Positions 17,449 through 27,116 of a DNA stretch of 64,000 bases are shown piece by piece. The stretch comes from an uncultured Acidobacteriota bacterium (GTDB lineage Bacteria; Acidobacteriota; Terriglobia; Acidiferrales; UBA7541), in NCBI GenBank assembly GCA_963836125.1, contig CAWIIK010000006.1, positions 31,975 through 95,974 of the forward strand. The letters are read 5' to 3'. The translations under genes were made by a program, and so were the position numbers. Numbering within the stretch: position 1 is the first letter of the stretch; every line of letters starts with the position of its first letter. Below the pieces are notes generated by a model. It was not told where the DNA came from, ran no database searches, and was given only the letters and a program-made list of their open reading frames with translations.

Positions 17449-19794
17449 CTACGGCACTTCGATGTTCGCCTCGCCGGACACCATGGGAACGGTTTGCTGT
17501 TGGGAGTTGCGCGCGTTCACCTGAAGGATTTGGAGTGCGGTTTTGCCCGGAGCTACACCCCGAACCACGAGTTCGAGCAGGGTGCCCGACCCGTTCACTC
17601 CCGGCGTATTCGGCTGGCGGGTGGCCGAAACGATTACCTCGCCTCGCTGCGAGTCAATGCGCTGCACGATCGCGATCTCCTGCTTGCCGCCCGAGAGGAA
17701 ACCTCCATCGAGGACGTCCTCCACCTGCACGACCGCCGGATCGTAGTGAATCAACAATGGGATCGAATAGAGGTCGTTGACGTTCGAAACCGCCAGGCCC
17801 AAAGTCTTGCGCTCGCCGACCTGGAGCGTGGCATCCGATGGCTCAAAATGAAGTTGCGCCGCTGCACCCGTTTGTGGTGTCGCCTGCGAAGTCGACGGCA
17901 GAGGCGCAGGCGCTCCGGTGCTCGTGGCGGGAGCCTGCGTGAACTCGTCCTCGTGGTAGACGCGGGGATTGGAATCCGTTCCAGCCGCGAGCGTCCGCAG
18001 ATTCTCCGCCGAAATCGACGGGAAGCGGATCACGTGCGGCGTCATTACGATGAGCACTTCGCTCTCTGCGACGCTGGTGCTGTTGTCGGAGAACAAGTAA
18101 CGCAGAAGCGGGAGTTGCGCCAGGCCCGGAATGCCGTTGATGTTTTTCGTATCCGTTCGCTCGATCAGCCCACCGAGCATGTTCGACTCGCCGTCCTTCA
18201 ATCGGATGTCGTTCTCGATCGTGCGCTGGCCGATGATGGGCTGGTTGATTCCGCCGATGTTGCTCGTCCCGTCGATTTCCGACACCCCGACCGAGACCTT
18301 CATGCTGACGTCGCCGTCCGGATGCACGCGGGGCGTCACTTCGATATTCACGCCCACATCGATGTAAGTGAATTGCGTGTTCACCAAGGGGTTTACCACG
18401 CCCGCGCCGCCGCCGACCCCTACCCCAACTCCGGCCTGAAAGCTCCCCGTGGCAATGGGCACCCGCTCGCCCACTTTGAGCGTAGCCTTGTCGCCGTCAC
18501 TGACGCGAATCTCCGGATCCTGAATGATCTTTGTATTGTTGTCGGTGAGGATCGCGTTGGCCGTCGCCCCGGGCAGCGTCAAGCTGTAATCCGCCGTGGA
18601 GAGATTCTTTATGTTATTGAGCGCTATTTGCGTGGGCGTAGACGTCGAGGTCGTGCTGCTGGTCGTGCCGCAGCTGCTACTGCTGCTGCTCGGCTGGTTC
18701 GCGCAGGTTGGATTAAATGCCAGCGTGATGCTCTGTCCGGGCAGGAGTCCCAGGTCACGCAGCCGATTGATGCTGGCCGTCAGCACCTGCACGTGAATCA
18801 GGACCTCCGGCTTCGCCTTGTCGATGTCGTTGACGATTTTCGCGGCTAGCTCCACTTTGTCCGGTGTGTCGCGGACCACGATCGCATTCTGTGCGTTCAC
18901 CTGGGTAACCCGCCGCAAATCCAGAAGCTGGCGCAGGCCGCTCACCACCTCCGTCAGGTCTTGCGGTGTCAGTGTGTTCGAGAGATAGAACGTTCTGACC
19001 TCTTCATCCTCCAGGTCCCGCCGCTTTTGAGGGTTATCCGGTGCGACCATGATCACGTTGCTCGTCATCGGCTCCCAAAACGCCTTGCTTTCGAACGCCA
19101 CGGCATCCAGCGCCTCCTCAAGCGTGATGTTCGGAAGGTCCACGGAAATGCGGCGCGACGTGAAATCCGGGTCGAAGATCACGCTCACGCCCGCCAGTTT
19201 CCCGATTGTCTCGAAAACGGTGCGCGAGTCGTTCGTCATTTTCAGGTTGATCGGTTCCCGCGAAAGAGGCTTCAGTTCCGGCGGCGCCGCCAGAAGGTCT
19301 GCATCATTGGCCGGATTCGGATTTATCTTGGGCGTCTCCGCGGCGTTCTTCGCGGCGATAAGATCCATCGTGCGCTTCACTTCCTGATCGGCCGCCGCGT
19401 TGGAGGGATCGATGGCCTGCGCCTTCTGGAACTCCCCAAGAGCAAGCTGCAAGTCCCCTTTCTTGAGGGCCTTCTCGCCCTGATCAAGATGATATTGCCC
19501 GTCCTCAAATCGCATGTGGACTTCGCGAAGCTTGTATTCGGCGTTGGTGGGGTCAGTCCTCAGCGCCCGCTCGTAGTGAACCAGAGCGGTGTCGTAATCC
19601 TCAATCGCCTCGGCCTTTCGGCCGGCATCGTAGTCCTGGTTTCCCTTGGGGCAGCCTGCGAGAAGAAGGGCCAACGCCAAGACAGCCACACACGTTGAAC
19701 GGCGCAACAAGAACCTCCGAGAGGTCACCCGAGCCTTGTGAAGTCTAGCACCCGGGTTTTGATGCGGCAAGGAATCCTCCCTGTTGCCGGCCAT
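17449..19794 (-). CDS. Secretin (GspD/PilQ family) lipoprotein with an N-terminal TPR region and a C-terminal cohesin-like domain
   Basis: It has a lipobox (LLLAGC) and TPR-like repeats (AIEDYDTALVHYERALRTDPTNAEY). The secretin core reads GINQPIIGQRTIENDIRLKDGESNMLGGLI...INGIPGLAQLPLLRYLF...VLIVMTPHVIR. The C-terminal ~140 aa (LLIHYDPAVVQVEDVLDGGFL...GTLLELVVRGVAPGKTAL) fit a cohesin fold pattern. Confidence 0.85.
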   Translation of the reverse strand: MAGNREDSLPHQNPGARLHKARVTSRRFLLRRSTCVAVLALALLLAGCPKGNQDYDAGRKAEAIEDYDTALVHYERALRTDPTNAEYKLREVHMRFEDGQYHLDQGEKALKKGDLQLALGEFQKAQAIDPSNAAADQEVKRTMDLIAAKNAAETPKINPNPANDADLLAAPPELKPLSREPINLKMTNDSRTVFETIGKLAGVSVIFDPDFTSRRISVDLPNITLEEALDAVAFESKAFWEPMTSNVIMVAPDNPQKRRDLEDEEVRTFYLSNTLTPQDLTEVVSGLRQLLDLRRVTQVNAQNAIVVRDTPDKVELAAKIVNDIDKAKPEVLIHVQVLTASINRLRDLGLLPGQSITLAFNPTCANQPSSSSSSCGTTSSTTSTSTPTQIALNNIKNLSTADYSLTLPGATANAILTDNNTKIIQDPEIRVSDGDKATLKVGERVPIATGSFQAGVGVGVGGGAGVVNPLVNTQFTYIDVGVNIEVTPRVHPDGDVSMKVSVGVSEIDGTSNIGGINQPIIGQRTIENDIRLKDGESNMLGGLIERTDTKNINGIPGLAQLPLLRYLFSDNSTSVAESEVLIVMTPHVIRFPSISAENLRTLAAGTDSNPRVYHEDEFTQAPATSTGAPAPLPSTSQATPQTGAAAQLHFEPSDATLQVGERKTLGLAVSNVNDLYSIPLLIHYDPAVVQVEDVLDGGFLSGGKQEIAIVQRIDSQRGEVIVSATRQPNTPGVNGSGTLLELVVRGVAPGKTALQILQVNARNSQQQTVPMVSGEANIEVP

Positions 19795-19924
19795 CTTAGT
19801 TAATATGGGGATGGCGGTATCTGCATTCGTTACAATGCCGTGAAAGTCCGTTAGCACAATCCGGAAATCCACCACACAGCACAACTTGCAGGCGCTTGCC
19901 GCCCGCGGCTATCATGGCAAAACG

Positions 19925-20413
19925 GTGAAATCCACGGCAAAAAAACAGAGCCGGGAGGGCCTTCAGATCGTCGCCCAGAACCGGTCGGCCTCCTATAACT
20001 ACGATCTGCTCGACAAACTCGAAGCCGGTCTGGTTTTGGTCGGCACCGAGGTCAAAGCCCTTCGCGAGGGCAAGGGAACCCTTCGCGAAGCCTACGCCGA
20101 GCTTCGCGCCGGAGAGCCTTGGCTGGTAAACTTCCATGTCCCCGAGTACCAGCCCGGTGGATTTCGGAACCACGATCCGCTCCGGAGGCGCAAGCTGCTG
20201 CTCAACCGCCGCGAGATCGAGCGCCTGATCGTACAGACCCAGCAGAAGGGCATGACGATCGTCCCGCTCAAGATTTACTTCCGCGACGGCATCGCGAAAT
20301 GCGAACTGGCGGTCGCCAGAGGCAAGAAATTCCACGACCGCCGCGAATCCGAGAGACGCAAGGAAGCGAAACGCGAGGCGGACGAAGCGATCTACCGCTC
20401 CCGCCGGCGATGA
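19925..20413 (+). CDS. smpB: SsrA-binding protein SmpB
   Basis: Diagnostic stretches are ...IVAQNRSASYNYDLLDKLEAGLVLVGTEVKALREGK...GMTIVPLKIYF..GIAKCELAVARGKKFHDRRE. The start is uncertain: GTG 19925, or ATG 19914 if the A-run at 19919-19922 is one base short. Confidence 0.85.
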   Translation: MKSTAKKQSREGLQIVAQNRSASYNYDLLDKLEAGLVLVGTEVKALREGKGTLREAYAELRAGEPWLVNFHVPEYQPGGFRNHDPLRRRKLLLNRREIERLIVQTQQKGMTIVPLKIYFRDGIAKCELAVARGKKFHDRRESERRKEAKREADEAIYRSRRR

Positions 20414-20428
20414 AAGCGAAAGGAAACC

Positions 20429-21916
20429 ATGGAGATCCGACTCGAATCGCAGCCGTACTTTGCCGTACAGACCGACGCTCTCGTCACCTACGTATTCGAT
20501 AAGGACGAAAAGTTCGACGGGGTCCTCGGCGAGATCGATCGCGCGATCAGTGGCCAGCTCACCTCGCTCGTATCCAGCGGCGAGCTGACCGGCAAGTCGC
20601 TCGAGCTCACGCTGCTCCATTTCCCACAGGGGCTCACGGCCAAGAAGCTGCTTCTCGTCGGCGCGGGCAAGCCTGAAAAATTCACGGTCTCCGACCTTCG
20701 CAAGATCGCCGGCACCGCCGTGCGCCACCTGAAAACGCGCGGCGTGAAAAAACTCGCATTCCTGACGCGCGAAGGCGATCGCGGCCCTGCTGCCGCGCAA
20801 GCTGTTGTCGAGGGGCTGATCGTCGCCGACTTCGAATCGGACAAGTACCGCACCGACCGCAAGAACCGCGAGATCGAGTCCGTTTCACTTTGCGGATTCG
20901 ATGGCGGACTTGGCGCCGATCTCCAGGCCGCCATCGAAAACGGCCGCGTCCTCGCCGAATCGCAGAATTTTGCGCGCGATCTGATCAACGAGCCCTCGAA
21001 TAAGCTCACGCCCCGCATTCTCGCGGCGCGCGCCGAGGCCATGGCCAAGGAGGCCGGCCTTGCAATCGAAATTCTCGACGAAAGAAAAATCGGTGAACTC
21101 AAAATGGGTGCGCTGATCGGCGTCGCGCAAGGCAGCAACGAGCCGCCGCGCGTCATCGTCGTGCGCTACACGCCTGAACACCCGCGGCAGGGCGCTCCCG
21201 TGCTCGGCCTCGTCGGCAAGGCCGTCACATTCGATACGGGCGGCATCTCGATCAAGCCGGCCAACAATATGGAAAAGATGAAGTACGACATGGGCGGCGG
21301 CGCGACGATGCTCGGCGCAATGCGCGCGCTCGCGAAGCTCAAGCCGTCGATTTCCGTGATCGCCGTGATTCCCGCCACCGAAAACATGCCCGGCGGGCGC
21401 GCCCAAAAACCCGGCGACGTCCAGGTGGCGATGTCCGGCAAGACGATCGAGGTCATCAACACCGACGCCGAAGGCCGCCTCATCCTCGCCGACGCCGTCT
21501 ACTACGCGCGCCAGCTCGGCTGCACCGAGCTGATCGACGCGGCCACGCTGACCGGCGCGATCGAAGTCGCGCTCTCGAACGTCCACGTTGGCGCCTTCGG
21601 GACGCCGCGCGAATATCTCGACCGCTTCCTCGAAAGCGCCAAGGCCGCGGGCGAAAAAATGTGGCCGATGCCAATGGACGAGGAATACGAAGAAATGATC
21701 AAGAGCAACATCGCGGACATTCGCAACACCGGCAGCGGCAAGGGCGGCGGCGCAAGTACCGGCGCGTGGTTCATCAAAGAGTTCGCCGAAGACACGCCGT
21801 GGATCCACCTCGATATCGCCTCCACCTGCTGGGTCGACGACGGCCGCCCGTGGCTCGCCAAAGGCCCCACGGGCATCGCGATTCGCTCCATCGTAGATTT
21901 CGCGCTTAAGCAATAG
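20429..21916 (+). CDS. pepA: Leucyl aminopeptidase (M17 family)
   Basis: It has the M17 signature NTDAEGRLILADAVYYA and VGKAVTFDTGGISIKP. Confidence 0.95.
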   Translation: MEIRLESQPYFAVQTDALVTYVFDKDEKFDGVLGEIDRAISGQLTSLVSSGELTGKSLELTLLHFPQGLTAKKLLLVGAGKPEKFTVSDLRKIAGTAVRHLKTRGVKKLAFLTREGDRGPAAAQAVVEGLIVADFESDKYRTDRKNREIESVSLCGFDGGLGADLQAAIENGRVLAESQNFARDLINEPSNKLTPRILAARAEAMAKEAGLAIEILDERKIGELKMGALIGVAQGSNEPPRVIVVRYTPEHPRQGAPVLGLVGKAVTFDTGGISIKPANNMEKMKYDMGGGATMLGAMRALAKLKPSISVIAVIPATENMPGGRAQKPGDVQVAMSGKTIEVINTDAEGRLILADAVYYARQLGCTELIDAATLTGAIEVALSNVHVGAFGTPREYLDRFLESAKAAGEKMWPMPMDEEYEEMIKSNIADIRNTGSGKGGGASTGAWFIKEFAEDTPWIHLDIASTCWVDDGRPWLAKGPTGIAIRSIVDFALKQ

Positions 21917-22114
21917 CGGTGTGGCGCCGACAAATCTCCTGTTCTTTTCTGCTCCGACCGGTATACCTTTCCTATACTCGTCGGGGGCTTAAACAGGCTT
22001 AAAAAGCCAAAAAAAGCCAGACTTGGCAGCTTAACGAGCGATACACGGAGTTGGCGAAAATCCTGCCGGTGCTCTTACGATCTTCGCTTTCCATGCGCTG
22101 ACGACATTTCGTCA

Positions 22115-22795
22115 TCACCGGTAGCTGACGTACATTTCCGGAAAATCCTTTTTCAGGTTCGCGACCTTCGGAAGGTCGTTCATCATGATGTAGGGATTGT
22201 CCGGATTGTGCAGGGCGTAGTCCTGGTGGTAATCCTCGGCGCGATAGAACGCGCTGAACGGCGCAATCTGCGTCACGATCGGGCCCGAAAACGCCTTTGC
22301 CTCGGTCAGCTGAGCCACGTAGGCTTTCGCGATTCGCTGCTGATCGGGAGTTTCGTAGAAAATTGCCGACCGGTACTGCGTGCCGTAGTCCGGTCCCTGC
22401 CGGTTCAACTCCGTCGGATTGTGCGCGACCGAGAAAAATATCTTGAGCAGCTGCCCGAACGTGACCTTGGAAGGATCGTAGGCCACCTCGACCGATTCGG
22501 CGTGACCCGTCGTCCCGCTGCTCACTTCTTCGTAGCTGGGATTCTTGACCGTGCCGCCGGAGTAGCCGGCCGTTGCTTTCGTCACGCCTTTGACGTGCTC
22601 GAACACCGCCTGAACGCCCCAGAAACAGCCGCCCGCGAAAACGACCGTCTCGCTGCCCTTCGCGGTGGCCAGCGGCTCGTCCGCCTTCGGATCGGGAAGG
22701 GCCGTAGCGCCGCGAACCGGATTCCACCCGAGCGCGTAGAGGAGGCCCGCGGAGACCGCGACAATCGCCAGAAAAAATTTCAGAATTCGGCTCAT
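22115..22795 (-). CDS. msrA: Peptide-methionine (S)-S-oxide reductase MsrA, with a signal peptide
   Basis: It has the active-site motif GGCFWGVQAVFEHVKGV and the stretch YHQDY. The active-site residue is Cys, not Sec. Confidence 0.95.
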   Translation of the reverse strand: MSRILKFFLAIVAVSAGLLYALGWNPVRGATALPDPKADEPLATAKGSETVVFAGGCFWGVQAVFEHVKGVTKATAGYSGGTVKNPSYEEVSSGTTGHAESVEVAYDPSKVTFGQLLKIFFSVAHNPTELNRQGPDYGTQYRSAIFYETPDQQRIAKAYVAQLTEAKAFSGPIVTQIAPFSAFYRAEDYHQDYALHNPDNPYIMMNDLPKVANLKKDFPEMYVSYR

Positions 22796-22964
22796 TTCAC
22801 ATCTCCCTCATCATCGGTACCAACATAACGTCCTCCCGCTCTCCGTTACGAGTACGCAGAATCCTGGCGTTTGGATGCCTCGCCGAAATGTATCATGACG
22901 GCTAAGACACGCTGTTTGGGCGGTTGCAAAAGGATTGAACCGCAGATTTGCGGGAAACCTGGCG

Positions 22965-24977
22965 TCACATCATTTCCGGCGCGGTAATGCCGAGCAGCTC
23001 GAGAGCGGCTACGAGCGGTTGGTGTACGAGACCGGTCAGCCGTAGGAGAAAAGACTTTCTCTCAGGATCTTGCTCCGAGAGTATTTGGTGCTTGTGGTAG
23101 AAGACGTTGAAAGCTTGCGCAAGTTCAAAGGCGTAGCGCGTAAGGAACGCCGGCTCCCGAGCATCCACAGCCGCGCCAACGCGCGCATCCAGCGAACCTG
23201 CCAGCAGCGTCAGCTCCCATAGGTCGTCCCCTGATGGCGCACCGAGGAACTGCGAGACGTCGAGTTCTTTGCGCTCCATGCGAACATAGTTTCGAATATC
23301 GGCCTGGCGCATCTCCTCGCTCAGCTCAGACCATTTTCGTCCGATTCCGTTGATGCGCACCGCGGCGTACTGCACGTACGGCCCTGTCTCGCCCTCGAAG
23401 CTCAGCGCGTCCTTGAAATCGAAAGCGATCACCGTCGAGCGCGTGAATCGTAGCAGGAAATAACGCAGCGCGCCGATCGCCACGGCATTCGCGATCTGGT
23501 TGCCTTCATACGTGCCCGCCAGTTCGGGATGTCGCGACGCGACTTCCTGCCGCGTGCTCTCGAGCAGCTGATCGATCAGGTCGTCCGCCTTCACGCCCTG
23601 CCCTTTGCGTCCGCTCACCTCGATGTACGGCCGCTTCGCGTCTTCGGGTGGAATTTCGTAGCCCATTTCGAGCGCGCAACGCGGCGTGAGCGCGACCACG
23701 TTGTAAGAAAAATGCTTCAGACGATCGGCCTCCTCAGTGTAGCCCAGCGCGCGCAGCCCCGCGACCACCACCTGTTGCGGATACGCCTGCCGCGAGTCGA
23801 TCACGTTGAAGACTTCCTTCGCGTGGCCAAATTCCGGCGCGCCCGGCTCGCCTTCCTCGCTGGCGGTCGTCCACGCTTCATGTCCGTCCGGATGCTTGTG
23901 AAACCGGCGATAGTAAAAATCGCGGCCGAGCAATCCGAATTTCCAGAGATGGTAGGCGATGTCCTTGCCGACGTAGGTGACGGTGCCATTCGATCGCACG
24001 ATGATTTTCGCGTCGGCCAGCTCGTCGGGCTCTTCCGCTTCGGCACCTTCGGCCTTCTGTTTGTCTGGAGGAAGCTGCATCACCCAGCAGCCCGCGTTCT
24101 TACCGGAAGTCGCGTACTGGACCGCGCCGCGCTGCTTCAGCATCTCGAACGCCGCGTCCCAGAATTTCAGGTGCAGGATTTCGCTCTCGCGCGAAAGCAA
24201 GTCATAGTCGATGCCCAGACGGTCGAGAGTGCGCAAATGGCAGTGGACGATTGCCGTCGACACAACCTCCGCCATCTTCGCCGCCGCGCCGTGCCCCTCC
24301 TCGATCTCCTTGAGCGTTTGTGCGCGAAGGTCGAGCCGCGATTTGTCTTCCGCAAGCCACTGTGTCACGTGCGTATAAAGGTCCCAGCAGAGGTAGTCGA
24401 ATTTCGGCTGGTCGGCGAGCGCGCGCACCTCGCCTGGCGTTCTCGGCTCGAGATGCGTGAATCCGAGAACGACATCGGCGACTTGCACGCCGGTGTTGTC
24501 GATGTAGTTCTGCACCTCGACGCGCTCGCCCGCGTAGCGCAGTAGCCGGCAAAACGTGTCGCCGAGGACGGCGTTGCGCAGGTGCCCGATGTGCGCGGCC
24601 TTATTCGGATTCACGCTGGTGTGCTCGACCAAAACCTTCGGCGCATCCTTGGCGGGCGCCGGCGCTTCCTTCAACGATTCGCCGCACGCCGCGCGAAAGA
24701 ATTCGGCGCGGTCGAGGAACGCGTTCAGATATCCGCCGCCAGCCACCTCGACTCGCGCGACGCCCGGAATCGGCTTCAGCGAATTCGCGATCTCCTGCGC
24801 CAGCGCGCGCGGCGGCTTCTTCAGCCGCTTGGCCAGCTCGAAGCACACCGGCGAAGCCACCTCGCCCATCGCGAGCTTCGGCGGCCGCTCCGTCACTACC
24901 GGCACGTCCGTCTTATAGCGCTCGTGGATGTGATGCCGCAGCGCCTTGCGAATCCGTTCGTCGATCGTCTTATACAC
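22965..24977 (-). CDS. argS: Arginine--tRNA ligase
   Basis: It has the class I HIGH motif (AAHIGHLRNAVLGD), an ArgRS-type N-terminal additional domain and a C-terminal anticodon-binding domain ending ...PEMM. The start codon is GTG. Confidence 0.9.
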   Translation of the reverse strand: MYKTIDERIRKALRHHIHERYKTDVPVVTERPPKLAMGEVASPVCFELAKRLKKPPRALAQEIANSLKPIPGVARVEVAGGGYLNAFLDRAEFFRAACGESLKEAPAPAKDAPKVLVEHTSVNPNKAAHIGHLRNAVLGDTFCRLLRYAGERVEVQNYIDNTGVQVADVVLGFTHLEPRTPGEVRALADQPKFDYLCWDLYTHVTQWLAEDKSRLDLRAQTLKEIEEGHGAAAKMAEVVSTAIVHCHLRTLDRLGIDYDLLSRESEILHLKFWDAAFEMLKQRGAVQYATSGKNAGCWVMQLPPDKQKAEGAEAEEPDELADAKIIVRSNGTVTYVGKDIAYHLWKFGLLGRDFYYRRFHKHPDGHEAWTTASEEGEPGAPEFGHAKEVFNVIDSRQAYPQQVVVAGLRALGYTEEADRLKHFSYNVVALTPRCALEMGYEIPPEDAKRPYIEVSGRKGQGVKADDLIDQLLESTRQEVASRHPELAGTYEGNQIANAVAIGALRYFLLRFTRSTVIAFDFKDALSFEGETGPYVQYAAVRINGIGRKWSELSEEMRQADIRNYVRMERKELDVSQFLGAPSGDDLWELTLLAGSLDARVGAAVDAREPAFLTRYAFELAQAFNVFYHKHQILSEQDPERKSFLLRLTGLVHQPLVAALELLGITAPEMM

Positions 24978-25055
24978 GCGGCTCCTTATGTCGCAAAGAA
25001 TCGAAGATTATAGTATCGTTTTGTTGTAGGTCCGCAGCAGAAACACAAACCATTC

Positions 25056-27116
25056 ATGGATCAACCGAACTCTTCAAGCAAAAAGTTCTACCTGACGACG
25101 CCGATTTACTACGCAAATTCGCGCCCGCACGTCGGCTCCGCGTACACGACCATCGTCTGCGACGTGATCGCTCGCTACAAGCGGATGTGCGGCTACGACG
25201 TCGCCTACCTCACGGGCACCGACGAGCACGGCGTCAATATCGAGCGCGCCGCCGAAGCGGCTGGGATCGCGCCGCAGCAGCTTGTCGACAAGAACGAAAA
25301 GATTTTCCGCGATCTCTGGAAACTGCTCGGGATCACGATTACCGATTTCATCCGCACGACTTCACCCGAACACGAGCGCGCCGTGCAGACGCTCGTACAG
25401 CGGACGCTCGATCGCGACAAGAATCTGCCGCCCGAGAAGCGCTCGATCTACAAGGCGAAATACGAAGGCCGCTACTGCATCTACGACAACGCCTACGTCA
25501 GCGACACGCCTGAGCCGGTGAATTGCCCCACGTGCGGCCGCCCCGCAGAGCTGATTTCCGAGGAGAACTACTTTTTCCGGCTTTCCGCCTACCAAGAAAA
25601 GCTGCTGCAGCTCTATCTCGACAAGCCCGAATTCGTTCAGCCCGATTTCCGGATGAACGAAGTAAGGAGCTTCGTCCAGGCGGGGCTAAAGGACGTCTCG
25701 ATCAGCCGCAAGACGATCAAATGGGGCATCCCATGGCCCGGCGACCCCGAGCACGTCTTCTACGTCTGGTACGACGCGCTTACCAGCTACATGACCGGCA
25801 TCGGCTACGCCAGCGAGGACAAAGAGAAAGAAGAAAAGTTCAACCGCTTCTGGCCGGCCGATCTCCACATGATTGGCAAAGAAATCATCCGCTTCCACGC
25901 GGTCTACTGGCCCGCTTTCTTGATGGCCGCCGATTTGCCGCTGCCGGAAAAAATCTTCGCGCACGGCTGGCTGCTCTTCGAGCAGGAAAAGATGAGCAAG
26001 TCCAAGGGCAACGTCGCCTATCCCGAACCAATCGTAAAGGTGCTGGGCAATGACGCGCTGCGTTATTACCTCCTCCGCGAAACTGTTTTCGGCCAAGACG
26101 GCAATTTCTCGCGCGAGGCCCTGATCACCCGCTACAACGCGGACTTGGCGAATGGCCTCGGCAATCTCGCCAGCCGCGTTCTAACTATGATTGACCGCAA
26201 TCTAGGCGGGCGGGTGCCGTGGCTCGATAGCGGCGCCGTTTTGACCCGCCACCCTGAGACGAGGGAGAGCTTTACGGACGAAAATCTGGAGGACATCAAC
26301 CGGCTGTACCAGAACTTTCAGTTTTCTCAGGCCGTCGAGAAGATCTGGGGGCTCATCGCTACGTGGGACAGATATCTCGCGACCGAGAAGCCATGGACAT
26401 ATGCGGACGATTCAAAAAGCCGGGAACGTTTGGAGCACACCCTCTTTACGGCTGCAGAGGCATTAAGAATCATAGCCGTCTTATCGCATCCGATCATCCC
26501 AGACGCAACACAAAGACTTTGGCAGCAATTGGGGAGGACCGAACGACTCGAGGATCAACGCATCGACCAAGTCGCCTGGGCAAGCATTCCTGGAAGCACG
26601 AGAATCGGGAAGCCGGAAGCGGTGTTTCCGCGAGCGGACAAAAAAGAAGTATTGGAGAGGATTGAAACGATGGAAAACGAGATACGGAATCCCGGCCCCT
26701 CGACTTCGGCTGGAACCGGCACAGGGAGCACTAGCCCCTCGACTTCGCTCGGGACGGGCGCACAAGACGCGCCCGCGACGGCAAGCGCCAAGATCGGCAT
26801 CGAGGATTTCGCCAAGGTGGAACTGCGCGTCGGGGTGATCAAATCGGCCGAGCGGATTCAGGGCGCGGACAAGCTGCTAAAGCTACTCGTCGATATCGGC
26901 GACGAAGTACGGCAGGTGCTCGCGGGGATCGCGCTGGCGTATGCGCCCGAGGAGTTGATCGGGCGCAAGGTGGTGATCGTCGCGAACTTGGCGCCGCGAA
27001 AGATGCGCGGCCTCGAATCAAACGGGATGCTGCTCGCGGCGTCGGTCGGCGCGGACGGCAAGCCCGTCCTGTGCACTTTCGGCGAGGACATCGCTCCCGG
27101 CGCGAAGGTCAAATGA
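25056..27116 (+). CDS. metG: Methionine--tRNA ligase with a C-terminal tRNA-binding (Trbp111/EMAP-like) domain
   Basis: It has PIYYANSRPHVGSAYT (HIGH region), a KMSKS motif and a zinc knuckle (CPTCGRP). The C-terminal domain reads DFAKVELRVGVIKSAE...VVIVANLAPRKMRGLESNGMLLAA. Confidence 0.95.
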   Translation: MDQPNSSSKKFYLTTPIYYANSRPHVGSAYTTIVCDVIARYKRMCGYDVAYLTGTDEHGVNIERAAEAAGIAPQQLVDKNEKIFRDLWKLLGITITDFIRTTSPEHERAVQTLVQRTLDRDKNLPPEKRSIYKAKYEGRYCIYDNAYVSDTPEPVNCPTCGRPAELISEENYFFRLSAYQEKLLQLYLDKPEFVQPDFRMNEVRSFVQAGLKDVSISRKTIKWGIPWPGDPEHVFYVWYDALTSYMTGIGYASEDKEKEEKFNRFWPADLHMIGKEIIRFHAVYWPAFLMAADLPLPEKIFAHGWLLFEQEKMSKSKGNVAYPEPIVKVLGNDALRYYLLRETVFGQDGNFSREALITRYNADLANGLGNLASRVLTMIDRNLGGRVPWLDSGAVLTRHPETRESFTDENLEDINRLYQNFQFSQAVEKIWGLIATWDRYLATEKPWTYADDSKSRERLEHTLFTAAEALRIIAVLSHPIIPDATQRLWQQLGRTERLEDQRIDQVAWASIPGSTRIGKPEAVFPRADKKEVLERIETMENEIRNPGPSTSAGTGTGSTSPSTSLGTGAQDAPATASAKIGIEDFAKVELRVGVIKSAERIQGADKLLKLLVDIGDEVRQVLAGIALAYAPEELIGRKVVIVANLAPRKMRGLESNGMLLAASVGADGKPVLCTFGEDIAPGAKVK

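Noticed and set aside
19795-19925. A tmRNA (ssrA) gene next to smpB.
   Set aside because: No tRNA-like 5' GGGG.../3' ...CCA acceptor pairing and no tag-reading-frame structure is visible in the flanks of smpB. The intergenic space is too short for an RNA of about 350 nt.
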